Origin: Octopus sinensis
Taxonomy: Eukaryota
NCBI RefSeq assembly: GCF_006345805.1
Contig: NC_043009.1
Coordinates: 57,412,001-57,476,000, forward strand
Direction of reading: 5' to 3'
Length of the DNA stretch: 64,000 nt
Position numbers and translations under genes: made by a program
The notes under the pieces: generated by a model
The model's input: the letters and a program-made list of their open reading frames with translations, nothing else
Databases searched by the model: none
Told to the model about the DNA's origin: nothing
Shown: positions 1 through 12,769 of the stretch, in pieces
Layout of the letters: each line of letters opens with the position of its first letter
How positions within the stretch are numbered: the stretch's first letter is position 1

Positions 1-60
<60 letters not shown>
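1..60. repeat. (AT)n microsatellite
   Basis: Pure AT dinucleotide run. Confidence 0.99.
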
Positions 61-63
<3 letters not shown>

Positions 64-246
64 GGAAAGTCTTCTTTTTTTCTGTCGAGGGCTTATATAT
101 CCCTTTATTAGACTATTTTCGTTAGTCATTGCACGGTGATCGCCATAAGCTTAAGCTTATATAAAAATTCCATTATTATTATTGACAGGATTACAGGATT
201 GTAAATTACGGCGCCGTATAAAAAGAACATTTGCACCGAAAGCAAA

Positions 247-333
<87 letters not shown>

Positions 334-336
334 TTA

Positions 337-402
<66 letters not shown>

Positions 403-420
403 TACATATATGTATATATG
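247..420. repeat. Compound microsatellite (TATC)n(TC)n(TA)n(CA)n
   Basis: Directly visible. Confidence 0.97.
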
Positions 421-600
421 TGTGTGTTTTTGTTCGTGGATATCTTTGTGTCTGTGTTTTCTCCCTCACGCCGTTTGAAAACCGATAATGATTTCTTTAC
501 GCCCCTGTAACTTAGCAGTTCGACAAAAAAGACTAATAGAATAAATTCCAAACTTAAAAGCCGTAAGTACTGTATTCGTCTAAAACTCTACAATGCCGAT
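420..600 (+). mobile_element. Degenerate 3' half of SINE family A
   Basis: ctgtaacttagcagttcgacaaaaaagactaatagaataa resembles the family A body (ccgtaacttagcggttcggcaaaagagaccgatagaataag). Confidence 0.55.
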
Positions 601-689
601 GAAATCCTGCTCGCACTGAGACGCAAGAGGGTATGATTGGCATTCACAGGAAATAGCTTCGTGATGACGTCCAATATTATGGAAATCAA

Positions 690-1075
690 AGTATTCAGTA
701 TTCAGGAGCTCGCTTTAACAAGGACATGTCGGAAGGCTGGCAACTCGGTACCCGGAGAGGCAAGTATATACCTGTCAGTGGCCTCTGTTGCTGGATTGAC
801 TGTTTGCTTAAATTTCTTAGGGTCTGGTTTGCTTCTGGCTTCCAGATGATAAAAACTGGATATCGCACTACAAAGCTCTTTTTTATGGGGTTGCTTAACA
901 GACAAATTTTATGGTACAAAACCGACAGCGGTCAACGAATTGAGGGCAACCTTTGAACAAGAAAGCGCACAAATACTGAACGAAATGTTTCTTCATGTCT
1001 GAGATTCCATCATTTCGCGTTATATGCCATGCCTGAACCAAAATGGTCATGAGTTTGAAAACATTCATAAAAAAA
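690..1075 (+). pseudogene. Tc1/mariner-superfamily (rosa/DD41D-like) transposase C-terminal relic
   Basis: Translation from ~880: FFLWGCLTDKFYGTKPTAVNELRATFEQE...CLNQNGHEFEN, matching the DFFLWGxLKxKVY...GxxFE C-terminus; stops and frameshifts present. Confidence 0.65.
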
Positions 1076-1189
1076 TTAAATATTCTGTCTGTAAATTCTA
1101 TTAAATTTGAAAATGAAATTTATTTTAATAAACGCAGAGAAAGTAAAAATTCACTTGTACGCACTTTTGTGACTCCCCCACATTTACAT

Positions 1190-1245
1190 ATGTATACACA
1201 CACACACACACCACACACACACACACACACACATACACACACACA

Positions 1246-1320
<75 letters not shown>

Positions 1321-1322
1321 GA
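1190..1322. repeat. (CA)n(TA)n microsatellite
   Basis: Directly visible. Confidence 0.97.
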
Positions 1323-1844
1323 ACACGCATATAGGATTTCTTTGAAATGTTTAACTCTCTCTTCCATCATCTGCCAGGAAAAAAAATTTGGCTATTTGAC
1401 TCCAGCTCTGCAGATTGTTGAAGAATCAGCATTTCAAAAAAAATATATTGCAACAATCGGCCGAAAATATTTCATGATTCATCAGAATGAAACCGGATAA
1501 TCTAAGCGTAATCCGAATGCTTTTATCCCGACCATCCCTTGAGTACATGAGCCAAAGTTCTCATTGGCTGGATGATGGAATATCCAATAACTGCCGAGAT
1601 TTCTTCAACCAATTGTAGGCCAGAATTTAGTGGGTTTTTTTTGTGAATGACTTGAAGGCACTCAAGTGATTTTTCTATGTATGGGGTGTAAAATGTCCGT
1701 GTGTATAAAATGTCGCAATGCACCATGGTGGGTTTCATCCGAGATTTGCAGAGTTCGCAGTTGATGAATGTATGTGAAGTGTTTGGTAATCTTAACCCCC
1801 CCCCCAAAAAAAACAACAGTCTTTATATTGCAGTCTTTGATATG

Positions 1845-2212
1845 TTTTCTCTTTAACTTGTTTCAGTCTTTAGACTACGGTCATGCTGGGGCACCACTTT
1901 GAACAATTTTAGTCGAACGAATCGACTTATTCTCCAAAACCTGGTACTTATTCCATCGATCACTTATGCCGAACCGCAAATGTTATGGGGACGTAAACAC
2001 ACCAACACTAGTTGTGAAACAGTAGTGGGACATACACACACACACACATATATACGACGGGCTTCTTTCAGTTTCCATCAACCAAATCCACTCATAAGGC
2101 TTTGGTCGGCCCAAGGCTGTAGTAGAAGACACTTGCCCAGAGTGTCACGTAGTCGGAATGAACTCGGAACCATGTGGTTAGGGAGCAAACTTTTAACCAG
2201 ACAGCCACGTCT
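1845..2212 (-). mobile_element. tRNA-derived SINE family A, diverged copy
   Basis: Reverse complement of the family A structure seen at 2336-2770. Confidence 0.85.
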
Positions 2213-2335
2213 GGAGACGAGATTGCTTGACAAATATGACAGTAATGATGAGGATTAGCACGTTGTAGTGATCTGGGCAATCGCATTTGCAGGCTGCTGG
2301 CTAGGACAAGGGGTGTTATATAATTTTCTTCATAT

Positions 2336-2770
2336 GCGCAGGAGTGGATGTGTGGTAAGTAGCTTGCTTACCAACCACATGGTTCCGGGTTCAGTCCCAT
2401 TGCGTGGCACCTTGGGCAAGTGTCTTCTACTATAGCCTCGGGCCGACCAAATCCTTGTGAGTGGATTTGGTAGACGGAAACTGAAAGAAGCCCATCGTAT
2501 ATATGTATATATATTATATATATATATATATGTATGTATGTGTGTGTATATGTTTGTGTGTCTGTGTTTGTCCCCCCTAACATCGCGTGACAACCGATGC
2601 TGGTGTGTTTACGTCCCCGTAACTTAGCGGTTCGGCAAAAGAGACCGATAGAGTAAGTACTAGGCTTACAACGAATAAGTCCTGGAATCGATTTGATTCG
2701 ATGAAAGGCGGTGCTCCAGCATGGCCGCAGTCAAATGACTGAAGCAAGTAAAAGAGTAAAAGAGAAAGAG
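2336..2770 (+). mobile_element. tRNA-derived SINE family A, full length, with internal microsatellite
   Basis: A-box-like TGTGTGGTAAG, B box GGGTTCAGTCCC, internal (TA)/(TG) tract, tail GAAGCAAGTAAAAGAGTAAAAGAG; more than 10 copies in the window. Confidence 0.9.
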
Positions 2771-2880
2771 TATATGTGTAGTGATTATGATTTGGTGTTG
2801 TTGAAAAAGACAAGATTGGTATGACCTAACTGGAGGATTTTCGAGATCTCTGCTCATGGATGGAGAGCGGTTCTGGCATG

Positions 2881-2988
2881 AGATAACTGGACTGCATGTA
2901 GATGCAATGCAGAACTGGCACGAGATAACTAGATTGCATGTAGATGCAATGCAGATATGGTAATAGATAACTGGATTGCATGTAGATG
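2881..2988. repeat. 42-bp minisatellite, ~2.6 copies
   Basis: Unit agataactggactgcatgtagatgcaatgcagaactggcacg starting at 2881, 2923, 2965. Confidence 0.9.
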
Positions 2989-3321
2989 AGGCGTAGGCGA
3001 GGAATGATGAGTGGTTTCGTTTGCGCAAGTTGGGATGGAAAATAAGTTGTTGGGTTGTCGATGTGTATCAGTAAGAGTGTGGAAAAAAAAAGCTGAACGT
3101 AGGGATCTATGTTTCTTCTAAATTGCTTTTGCTGTGGGTGTGTGCAGAGATTTGCTTGTGGGCAAATTTTGTCCTTCTTTGCAACGTGTATGCAGATCCA
3201 CCCGAGTAACTATCTCTCAAATTTCTTCAATTAAAAAAAAATGATTTCATGTTGAAAACATTATGTGTACACACTATGTTCCTTTTCCTAGTAAAACGTG
3301 CGCGCACGCATAAATGTACAG

Positions 3322-3582
3322 CAGTGGTTCCCAAACTCTTTCGGGGTGCGGCCCCCTTAGCTACCCAGGTCACATTCCTAGCGCCCCCTCCTCACACACC
3401 ACCACAAGCATAGACCACTTTCTGCAGCAAATTGAAAACATCTGTATTTCACAAATAAAACTTAACTCATAATGTTTTACATCGATCACTCCCTTTTGGC
3501 CACTCCATCATTACTCCAACTTTCTTCAACGCCCCCTGGATATCTCCACCGTCCCCAAGGGGGCAGTACCGCCCACTTTGAG
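3322..3582. mobile_element. hAT/Charlie-like non-autonomous element, right end truncated
   Basis: Begins CAGTGGTTCCCAAACT and ends ...ACCGCCCACTTTGAG, as in hAT-type MITEs; no TSD seen. Confidence 0.5.
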
Positions 3583-4790
3583 GGCTTAGACAGAAGATTT
3601 CTTGAAGTATGCCAGTGTTGATACAGTATGGATCAGGGACCACTCTATTAGTACATACTGCAATGGTACAATCTGATAGAAAACTACAAATCTCAGAGCT
3701 GAGACACTGACAGTTCATCTAGGATTTTAGCATGTCAAATATGGTCAAATGGTTTACTGTTTGTTATAAAGTACATCAGCACCGTACTAACCAAATTTAT
3801 CAAGAGCATGACCCTACCTGCGAATAGGCCACTAGTTGATCGGGTTTCATGGAAGCTGCATCGGGAATAATTGAAGAAGGAGAAGGATTCAAAGTGTTAG
3901 AGAAAATGATATTCAACGACAATCTCTATCATTTTTGAGAGTGAGATTAAGTCGATAGTTGGCTGGATCAGAGAGATTATCCCTCTGGATAATGTCACAC
4001 ACTATAATGTGTTTCGAAGATCGGGGTAGACTCATAGAGAGTGAGACAAGACGAGAAGAAAAGGAAATAGAGAGTAAGTATATTATTGCAAAGTTTGGCA
4101 AAAGAGAAACAAGATGTGGGGTAATTGTCAGAGAAGAATATAAAGGAGTTTGAAAGGGCCGGTGGACTTGTTTCTTTGAAACCATCTGAGGTGCTTACAC
4201 ACTTGGAATGTTAGCGTTTGTGTAGGACGTGCGAAGGCATGCCTAAGAAGTTGGTTTCGGTTACACGCTTATATATCTCTGATGATCAGGGGTGAAGCAC
4301 GAGCACCACCAGTGATAGTCAGCTTAGAACTGGCAGAGATTCTGTCAGTCAGCTGATGTGTGGTGCGACGAGTCCGTCGGAAGATGGGGGTTAAGGACGT
4401 TGCGTAGTATGTAGATGTGTGACGAGATAAAGCAGGGGTCGGCCGACCCAATAGATGCAGAAACTGTCGTGTAAAGAGTTGTTGAGGTCTGCAAGCGATT
4501 CCATTTCTGTAGTGGCGGCATCAGTGTGGAATGCGTGCGAGGGAAGGAGACGAGAAAAGCGGTGAATGTTGAAGTCACCGAGGACAATAACACCAGAAGG
4601 GAGTGAAATATGATAGACATCCCCGATGCAGCAAAAGATATGGTCGAGGAGTTGTAGGTGGTTGGAGGAATCTGAAGAACGATGGTAGAAGCGGATGTAT
4701 TCGGAGGAGAGGTGATATTTTTGTTACTAAACGTCGTTGTGGCTGATACCCAGAAGAGAGGGGTGAGTGGTGGGGATATTAGAATCTACA
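3583..4790 (-). pseudogene. CR1/Jockey-type LINE ORF2 relic (AP endonuclease + N-terminal RT)
   Basis: Minus-strand VIVLGDFNIH (APE), DNLSDPANYRL (PxxNYRPI motif), SFLSDCTIAV...INTGILQEIFCLSP (SGVPQGSVLSP-like); many stops and frameshifts. Confidence 0.8.
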
Positions 4791-5784
4791 CATCACACTA
4801 TATTACATTAGACGCACACACACGTACACACACATACACACTCACACTCAAACGGGTGCATATATGTGTGTATGTGTGTATATTCTTGATAAAGCGACAA
4901 ATATGTACTTTACACTGTATGCTATAATTAGTGCCCAATGAATACTTGCATAAATTATAATTTATTTGAGAATATGATATAAACCTAGAGAGTGAATGAA
5001 TAGACGGAAAAAAAATTAACGACTGATACATGATATAAAGTATATATGGGTGACCTTACCTCATTGAATGTCTTTAACAACTTTGCTTTCTGTTTCGGGG
5101 ACCGTATTTCTCTTCAGGTGGAGTAAAGAGACAGAATACCTTTCTGGCGAATACTCACGTGAGGCGTTAGTTACTACCGGAACGGATAAAAAGGGACACG
5201 ATTCTATAACCAAATAAGATAAAACTGTCTTACGAAACAGAACCACCTGAAAGCGCTCAACATGGAATTAACTTCATAGGAACATACACGCTTGGTATTA
5301 AAATATATGCACATTCCACAGAGCGTGTCGTAATTAGTTTTAACGAGATATTTTTCAATAAAGGTATACAACAAATACACACACACACAGGCAAATATAT
5401 ATAATTCAGTGAATTATATATATATATATATTTCATTACCCGACATGCAGTTCGTAAAAAGCCCGCCATTTACCGATATATGATTATAAACATTCCATGT
5501 GCTTGCCGGAGTGAACAGTTGTCTGTTCGTCTTCGCTACATAAGGTTGGTTTATTTATGATGTATTCAGAATCAGTTCTGCTGACGATCATTAGACGCAA
5601 GTTGTATGTGAAATCACGGTGATACAGAACATAATTCATTTTTAAATGTCTTGCTTTGAAAAACTGCATTTGGGTATGATTAGTATAATTTTTGGTAGTA
5701 ATGACTTTGTCCCTCCTAGTGTGAGGCATTTATGTGTAATAATGCCCTTTATACATTAGATATAATTAATTTGTTCAAAAAAAA

Positions 5785-5902
5785 AATATATATATATATA
5801 TATATACATAAACACATATATATAAATATATATATATATACATATATACATATATATATATATAATACATGCATGCATATATATATTACATGCATACATA
5901 TC

Positions 5903-5966
<64 letters not shown>

Positions 5967-5994
5967 GATAGATAGATAGATAGATAGATAGATA
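5785..5994. repeat. (TA)n then (TATC)n flipping to (TAGA)n
   Basis: Directly visible. Confidence 0.95.
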
Positions 5995-7241
5995 TATTAG
6001 GTTATCTCATAAATGATGTGGTTTTTTAAATACTTCTTTTAGTTTTCAAAATTAAGATAAACAAAATTCTTTTTTAATCTAAAATATACCCTCTTTCATT
6101 TTCTACAATGCCCTTCCATCTATCTGGTAAACTTGCAAGGTCCCTCTTCCAAAATACTCCTCCACTACCGTTCTTTCCTTGTCTACAGAATTCATATTTT
6201 TTCCGTCCAAATGATTTTGAAATATGGAATAGATGATAATCAGATGGGTCAATGTCCGGCGAATATGGTTGGTGGGGCGTCGTTTCCCATTCAAACTGCT
6301 GCAGCCTTTGGTATGTCATCCTCGCTGTATGTGACCAAGTATTATCCTGATGGAAGAACACCTTTCGTCTTGAAATCAAATATGCTCGCTTTTCTTCTCA
6401 CGCCGATTCAAGCCGCTCAAGCTGCTCGCAGTAGATTTCCTTTGTTATCATTTGGTTTGGATTTAAAAGTTCGAAGTGGACTAAACCTTTTATATCCCAC
6501 CAAACGGATAACAATATCTTACGTGGGTGAAGACCTTCTTTAGCCTGGGGTGCCGGTGTTTCGCCTTTGACTGTCTTCGGTGCTTGGCATTTTTATAGAG
6601 AACCCATTTTTCGTCACTAGTCACTATTGGGTCCAAAAACGGTTCATTCGTGAGACGTGACAGCAAAGAAGGGCACACATCCACAGTCTGGATATTTGTA
6701 AGGAACCTATTGACCGAATTTGGTGACTTTTCCGATGGCACGCAGGTGTCGATGAATTGTTGAATGACCAAATCCAAGCTTGTCTGCTAGTTCCTCAACA
6801 GTTACAATGGGATTTTTGTTGCACCAGGGTTTGCAGGACGTCCTCTTTGAGCACTACAGATCTTTTAGGACTAGGCTCGTCTTGTAGGCTGTAGTTTCTG
6901 GCTCGTAATTTCAGGAACAACCCTTGACACTAGCTTACACTTATTGTCCGATCCCCATATACTGCATCAGTATTCCTCGCACTTTCCGTTGCGTTGTTGC
7001 CTTTATTGAACACATAAAGCAAAATATGCCGAATATGCTCCTTTGTCACTTCTATTATAGCTTTGAAAAAATAACTGTTAAAATCGAACTGAACTCTTCA
7101 AAACTTGCGCTAAGAATAAGTACAAGGTAAAATTAGTACCTGCTTTTATAGCAAGTTGATGCAGGTAGTTTATCCCGTTCCCCTCCGACTTTTCGTTCAT
7201 GCAATTGAAAAAAGCTGCATTATTTATGGGATGACCCAATA
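5995..7241 (-). mobile_element. Mariner (DD34D) transposon relic, TIR to TIR, TA TSD
   Basis: Left end TA|TTAGGTTATCTCATAAATGATGTGGTTTTTT; right end AAAAAAGCTGCATTATTTATGGGATGACCCAA|TA (imperfect inverted repeats); ~1.24 kb. Confidence 0.9.
6074..7055 (-). pseudogene. Mariner transposase pseudogene
   Basis: (I)EVTKEHIRHILLYVFNKGNNATESARN; FLDPIVTSDEKWV; FHQDN; PYSPDIDPSDYHLF; start codon lost, stops, frameshifts, short internal deletion. Confidence 0.9.
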
Positions 7242-8730
7242 TTTCGGTTAAAATTAACCAAAGCCATGTCTAAATTTATAGTACCACCTGACAGAATTTG
7301 TTATGTCGTTTTTAAATCAAACTTTGTGGCACCATGGTTCATTCAAGTAACAAGTTGTTACATAATGGCGAGTGAATAAACTTGAAAACAAGCCACTATG
7401 CAAACATACATAGATACATTAATACATAAACACACAAATACTATACATTACATATATACGCACACATTCTCTCTTTGTAATTATATATATATATATATAT
7501 ATATGATGTACATATGTACATATGTACATATATGTACATATGTTAATTCAATAAACTCGAAAGCAAACCATTATGCTTTCTCATTTACCGCTTCACCCTA
7601 TCACTCCTACTATTACCCCTGAGGCAGACCACTTCATCACTTTCAATTTAACTCCGTTCCCATCCTCGAGTGTAAGTGTCCCCAAATACACATTTGCATC
7701 ACCCAACCCTCCCCTACCATCACCATTATTACACCACCACCACCACATCTCATTCACAACGTACCCACACCAGCCCATTCACGAAATTTTTTTTTTTAAT
7801 ATCCTCTCCTCATTCATTAATATAATTAAAGTCACAAACAAGTATGTTTTTCTAATTATCACATTACGCTACCCTACCTCGCCAAACACCATCTCTATAG
7901 TCGACATTCTTAATTCATTTTAAGTTAGTTAAATACTTATCACAATTATATATATATATATATATATATGTACATATATACGCATCATTATATATATATA
8001 TTTATGTATATACATGTGTATATATAGCAGCCTAACACCCCATGTACATGTACGCCCACACGATCTCAGACAAAATACTACCTAAAAATAAACCAGGTCC
8101 CTTGAAAATCAAAGCAAACCGCACTACATCCCCATCCACCCAACAAATAAAGCAAAAAAAAAAAAAAAGAAATGAAAAGAAACGAACCCAGCTACATCGC
8201 ATGAACAAATACTCGAACCCAACCACACTTGACCTAAAATTCCAACCGAACCACATTACACTACAAAAAAAAAATAACAAACCATATCACATCCCTACAA
8301 CAACGCCGACGACGAAGACCATCATCACCACCACCACCACCACCACCACCACCATCACCATTTCGGCCTGTCTATATTTTATTGTAGTAGTAAACCATAG
8401 AGAGAGATATGGTAATGTGCAGAGAAGACAAAGTGAGTTAGTGAAAGTGAGAGAGTGTGAGAAGATGGGTCTCATAGCTGTTGACAGTAAATTTAATTTC
8501 TCCATTTGACCATTGTCTTTAGTAGCTGCCTTGCTTGTGATCAGGATTCTTGCGTTCCGCTCCCTAACTGATGGTAGCTGTCTCTGACTCGAGTTGTCCC
8601 TCATTAACTAATTGATTGACTTGTCACGAACCGACTAACTGGCCTTCACCAAGTGACTGAGTTGTCACCAAAAGACAGTAATTTCCCTTTGTTTTAACGG
8701 TAATTTTCATAGCATTTTTTTCGATGGTTC

Positions 8731-8791
8731 GATAACTGAAGAGATGTCGGCGTGGGTTCCCGCCCCGACATCCGAAACTCGGAGTTTTATC
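8731..8791 (+). ncRNA. Type I hammerhead ribozyme motif (PLE-type)
   Basis: GATAA-CTGAAGA-GATGTCGG(14 nt)CCGACATC-C-GAAAC-TCGGA-GTT-TTATC: stem I GATAA/TTATC, 8-bp stem II, near-palindromic stem III ACTCGGAGT, cleavage triplet GUU. Confidence 0.75.
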
Positions 8792-8921
8792 ATGGCTACC
8801 GAATAATTGCCATATATTATATTTACAGATAAATTCCTCTATTTACATAATATCGAGGTCTCTTTCATTCTTTTGCTGTCTTGCCATTTCTATCAATATA
8901 TATATATATATATGTATATAT

Positions 8922-9120
8922 AAGGAGAGTTTACCAAAAAAACAAAAGACGAAGACAGGTGGTGTACAAAACAAACAGATGTATTAGTATAACGCTCAGG
9001 AATAGAAAAAGTCTTTTACGTTTCGAGCCTACGCTCTTCTACAGAAAGGGACACAGAAATAACAAGGAGAGAAACAAGGAGAGAAAAAAATGTTTGTAGT
9101 GGCTACCGATCTAGCATGGC
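8922..9120 (-). mobile_element. Family F non-autonomous PLE-like repeat with HHR-like motif
   Basis: Five copies in the window; HHR-like motif at 9013-9048; 3' end abuts (TA)n. Confidence 0.7.
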
Positions 9121-9627
9121 CACTGACCTTTTTTGAAAATGAGTCAAGAGAGGTTAATGGACGGCTGAAAGCAGTGGGAAGGAAGTAGGCGGAGGTATTG
9201 TTTTAGGCGATGGTGACGAGTGAGGAGGTAGGATTTGTAGTCCGGCATGGTGGAATAACAAGGAGGAGAAAGAAAAAAGAAAAAAAGAAAAAAACGAGAA
9301 TAGATAAATAAATAAATAAATAAATAAAAAAACAAAAAACAAAAAATAAAAAAATAATAAGAAAAAGGCGTGAGGAGAAGAAAATATATGCAAGGTGGGA
9401 GAAGAAAATAAAATAAAAATAAAAACGATGAAGATGGAACAAATTGAGAGAAAATGGGGAGAAAGGGAGAAAGGGAGAAAGGGAGAAGAGAAGATGAGGA
9501 GAGAAAAGAAACGGAGGGAGGCAAAATAACGAGTGCAGACTAGAGAAAACAGAGTAAGGACATCCAGAGAAGGAAGAGACGACAAAAGGAAAGACCAGAA
9601 AATACAGGAAACTTTATATATATATAG

Positions 9628-9992
<365 letters not shown>

Positions 9993-10270
9993 ATTTTTCG
10001 AATCGTCATATTGCCAGTTTAGCTAATAAAAACACACGCACTATATATTTGGTGTTATTTTGCTTCACTGTTATTTATTTTTTGCATTAATCTTAATCTT
10101 ATTTCGGCCAGAGTTCTTTCGTCACACTCCTGTGACCGCATCAGTGGTCCTTTGTTTTCTTCTTTATTATATATACTTTATTAAAAAGCAGCAAAAATCT
10201 TCAGAACAGCTCTTACTCAGAGTTTCACGTTCCCGTCAAATCGAACAACACACACACACACTCACACACA

Positions 10271-10307
<37 letters not shown>

Positions 10308-10579
10308 ACACATACAACACACACACACAAATACACACACAAACACGTATGTATGTATTTATGAACGCCGGCAATGTCTAGAGAGTTTCAATATCCCCGA
10401 ATGAAGTTCCGAACCTTGCAATGTGACTAATGGGGGGGGGGAACCTTAACCCTTTTAATACTTACAAAAAAGTCAACACACATACTCAGCAGATCTTGCT
10501 GACATAACAGCACTCACTGAACTTAACCGATTCTTCTCAGAGAAACAATCACTGTCATTGTTTTGCCGTTTCCGTCTCT

Positions 10580-10613
<34 letters not shown>

Positions 10614-10689
10614 CACACTCTCTCTCTGACACGCGCCCTCTCCTTCACTCTCTCCATTTGTCTGTCTATATATCAATGTGGGTGTATTG

Positions 10690-10698
10690 GCACGCTTG

Positions 10699-10732
<34 letters not shown>

Positions 10733-11180
10733 TGTATGTATGTATGTATGTATGTATGTATGTATATGTGTATGTACGTGTGTATGTATGTATGTATGTA
10801 TGTATGTATGTATGTATGTATGTATGTATGAATGAATATGTGTGTATGTATGTATGCATGATGTATGTATGTATATATGTATGTATGTATGTATGTGTGT
10901 ATGTATGTATGTATGTGTGTATGTATGTGTGTATGCATGTGTGTATATATGTATGTATGTATGTATATATGTATGTATGTATGTATGAATGAATATGTAT
11001 GTATGATGTATGTATGTAGTATGTATGTATGTATGTATGTGTGAATGTACGTGTGTATGTATGTATGTATGTACGTATGTATGTATGTATATATGTATGT
11101 GTGTGTATGTATGTGTGTATGTATGTGTGTGTATGTATATATGTATGTGTGTATGTATGTATGCTTGTATGTATATATAT
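10690..11180. repeat. (TATG)n degenerate tetranucleotide array, ~490 bp
   Basis: Directly visible. Confidence 0.97.
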
Positions 11181-11291
11181 CACCGTGACCTACCAGGCTA
11201 TCAGATGTTGCTACACATCGCTGGTCACAATGCGCTTCGCATTGTTTTAGCCTTCGAATGACGCCACCCCGCTGGCTAAGCGAGCAGGCCA
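11181..11291. mobile_element. Interspersed repeat fragment (second copy at 38945-39072)
   Basis: atcagatgttgctacacatcgctggtcacaatgcgcttcgcattgttttagccttcgaatgacgccacc occurs twice in the window. Confidence 0.6.
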
Positions 11292-11418
11292 TGTATATAT
11301 ATATATATATATATATGTAGGTCCCGGGTTGATTCGGGGTTAACCACAGTAAATAAGGTACTCAATACATAGCAGAGTATGTAATAAATTCTTCTATATA
11401 ATATATAATAAATTCTTC

Positions 11419-11484
<66 letters not shown>

Positions 11485-12032
11485 ACCAGAACTGGTCTAT
11501 ACATTGATATTCTTAGTTACGCAGGTTTTCTCTCAGAGTTTCCCTATCCTACCGAGATTTTGTGGTAACAGCAGAGAGGCCTCCCACTTTATATATTGCC
11601 TACAACAGCCCCAAAAATGCTGCCCTTTAAAAATGCCACCACTACCGCCCCCTTTCCCCAGCTACGCTAGTGGGACGAGTTTATTGAATCTACAGTTCAG
11701 TTTACCATCGTAAAATAAGCGAAAGTAAATTATTTTTGAAAGAGTAAAAGCACGTTAGAAACCAGAAGTGATATACCAAAATTTCATTGAATACGTTTAA
11801 TATATGAGGTTGTCTTTCTCACGTGGGTCTCACAACCTATATACTCACGAAGTTATCAAACATTCACTCAGTTTTGTTGATCCTAACGACAGAATATACA
11901 GACTGGCTATAGATGTTCGCCAAGAAGAAAATTAGGTGACAATGTGGGATTAGAGATGATCATTTAATAACTGTTATGTTTTCCCGCAAATGTGATTGTC
12001 TTCATCTTATATTAAACATCTTTTATTATTTA

Positions 12033-12178
12033 CTAGCAGTATTGCCCGGCGTTGCTCGGGTTTCTTTCGACCCTTTAGAATTGGAATTTTTGAAAAGTAA
12101 AAATGTTGCATTATGTAGCTTGTTATTCTCTTTAAGTGAACATTTTTCTTTGTTGAAATACACCGAAAAATGGCGACA
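12033..12178 (-). mobile_element. Helitron-type non-autonomous element, 3' end fragment
   Basis: Minus strand ends CCCGAGCAACGCCGGG hairpin + CTAG|T; internal sequence shared with 42885-43248. Confidence 0.75.
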
Positions 12179-12179
12179 A

Positions 12180-12223
<44 letters not shown>

Positions 12224-12769
12224 TATTATATATATATATATTATATATATTATACACACATATATAAATATATGTATGTACGTACGTATGCTTGAATGTA
12301 TGTATGTACGTACGTGTGTGCCTGCGTGTGTGTGTGCATGTGGTGGGCAGGAGGAAGTCGCGTAGCTTAGTTGTCAATGTGTTGGTCTTCCGAGAGTTGT
12401 GCGTTCGATACCCGGACTAGTTGTTGCGTTACATCTTTGAGTAAGACTCTTTATTTCACGTTGTTCCTGACACAGATTGGATCTGTGCAAATCCTTTCCC
12501 TACTACAAAAAATCATCATACACAGGCATCGCTTGAGAAAAAAGTAAAACCTATCACAAAAATGGCTGGTCGTAGTCTTCGTATGTGTGGGACTTTCGAT
12601 CAGGCGATGGCAATACTCGAACACGTGTTTGCAGTCATCATGTATGCGTGTCTCTTCTATTTTATTAATTATTATAAATCTTCTACTGAGGAGGGAGCCG
12701 GTTTCCAACATAGATACAAGTCTCCATCTTTGAGATGTAGTTAACACAAACATATTTACATTTGGAACT

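Noticed and set aside
1523-1816. 97-aa ORF in non-repetitive-looking sequence
   Set aside because: No recognisable domain, it starts in a homopolymer run, and there is no supporting splice structure.
5060-5246. Exon-like segment on the minus strand (tttcag| ... |gtaagg)
   Set aside because: All three frames contain stops and no recognisable product is seen; it also overlaps a very degenerate CTGAAGA...GAAAC motif. Could be a non-coding exon but needs RNA-seq.
10473-11292. Long HTYI/MYVC-rich ORFs (also 22571-23385, 51195-51948, 52157-52711)
   Set aside because: Translations of microsatellites.
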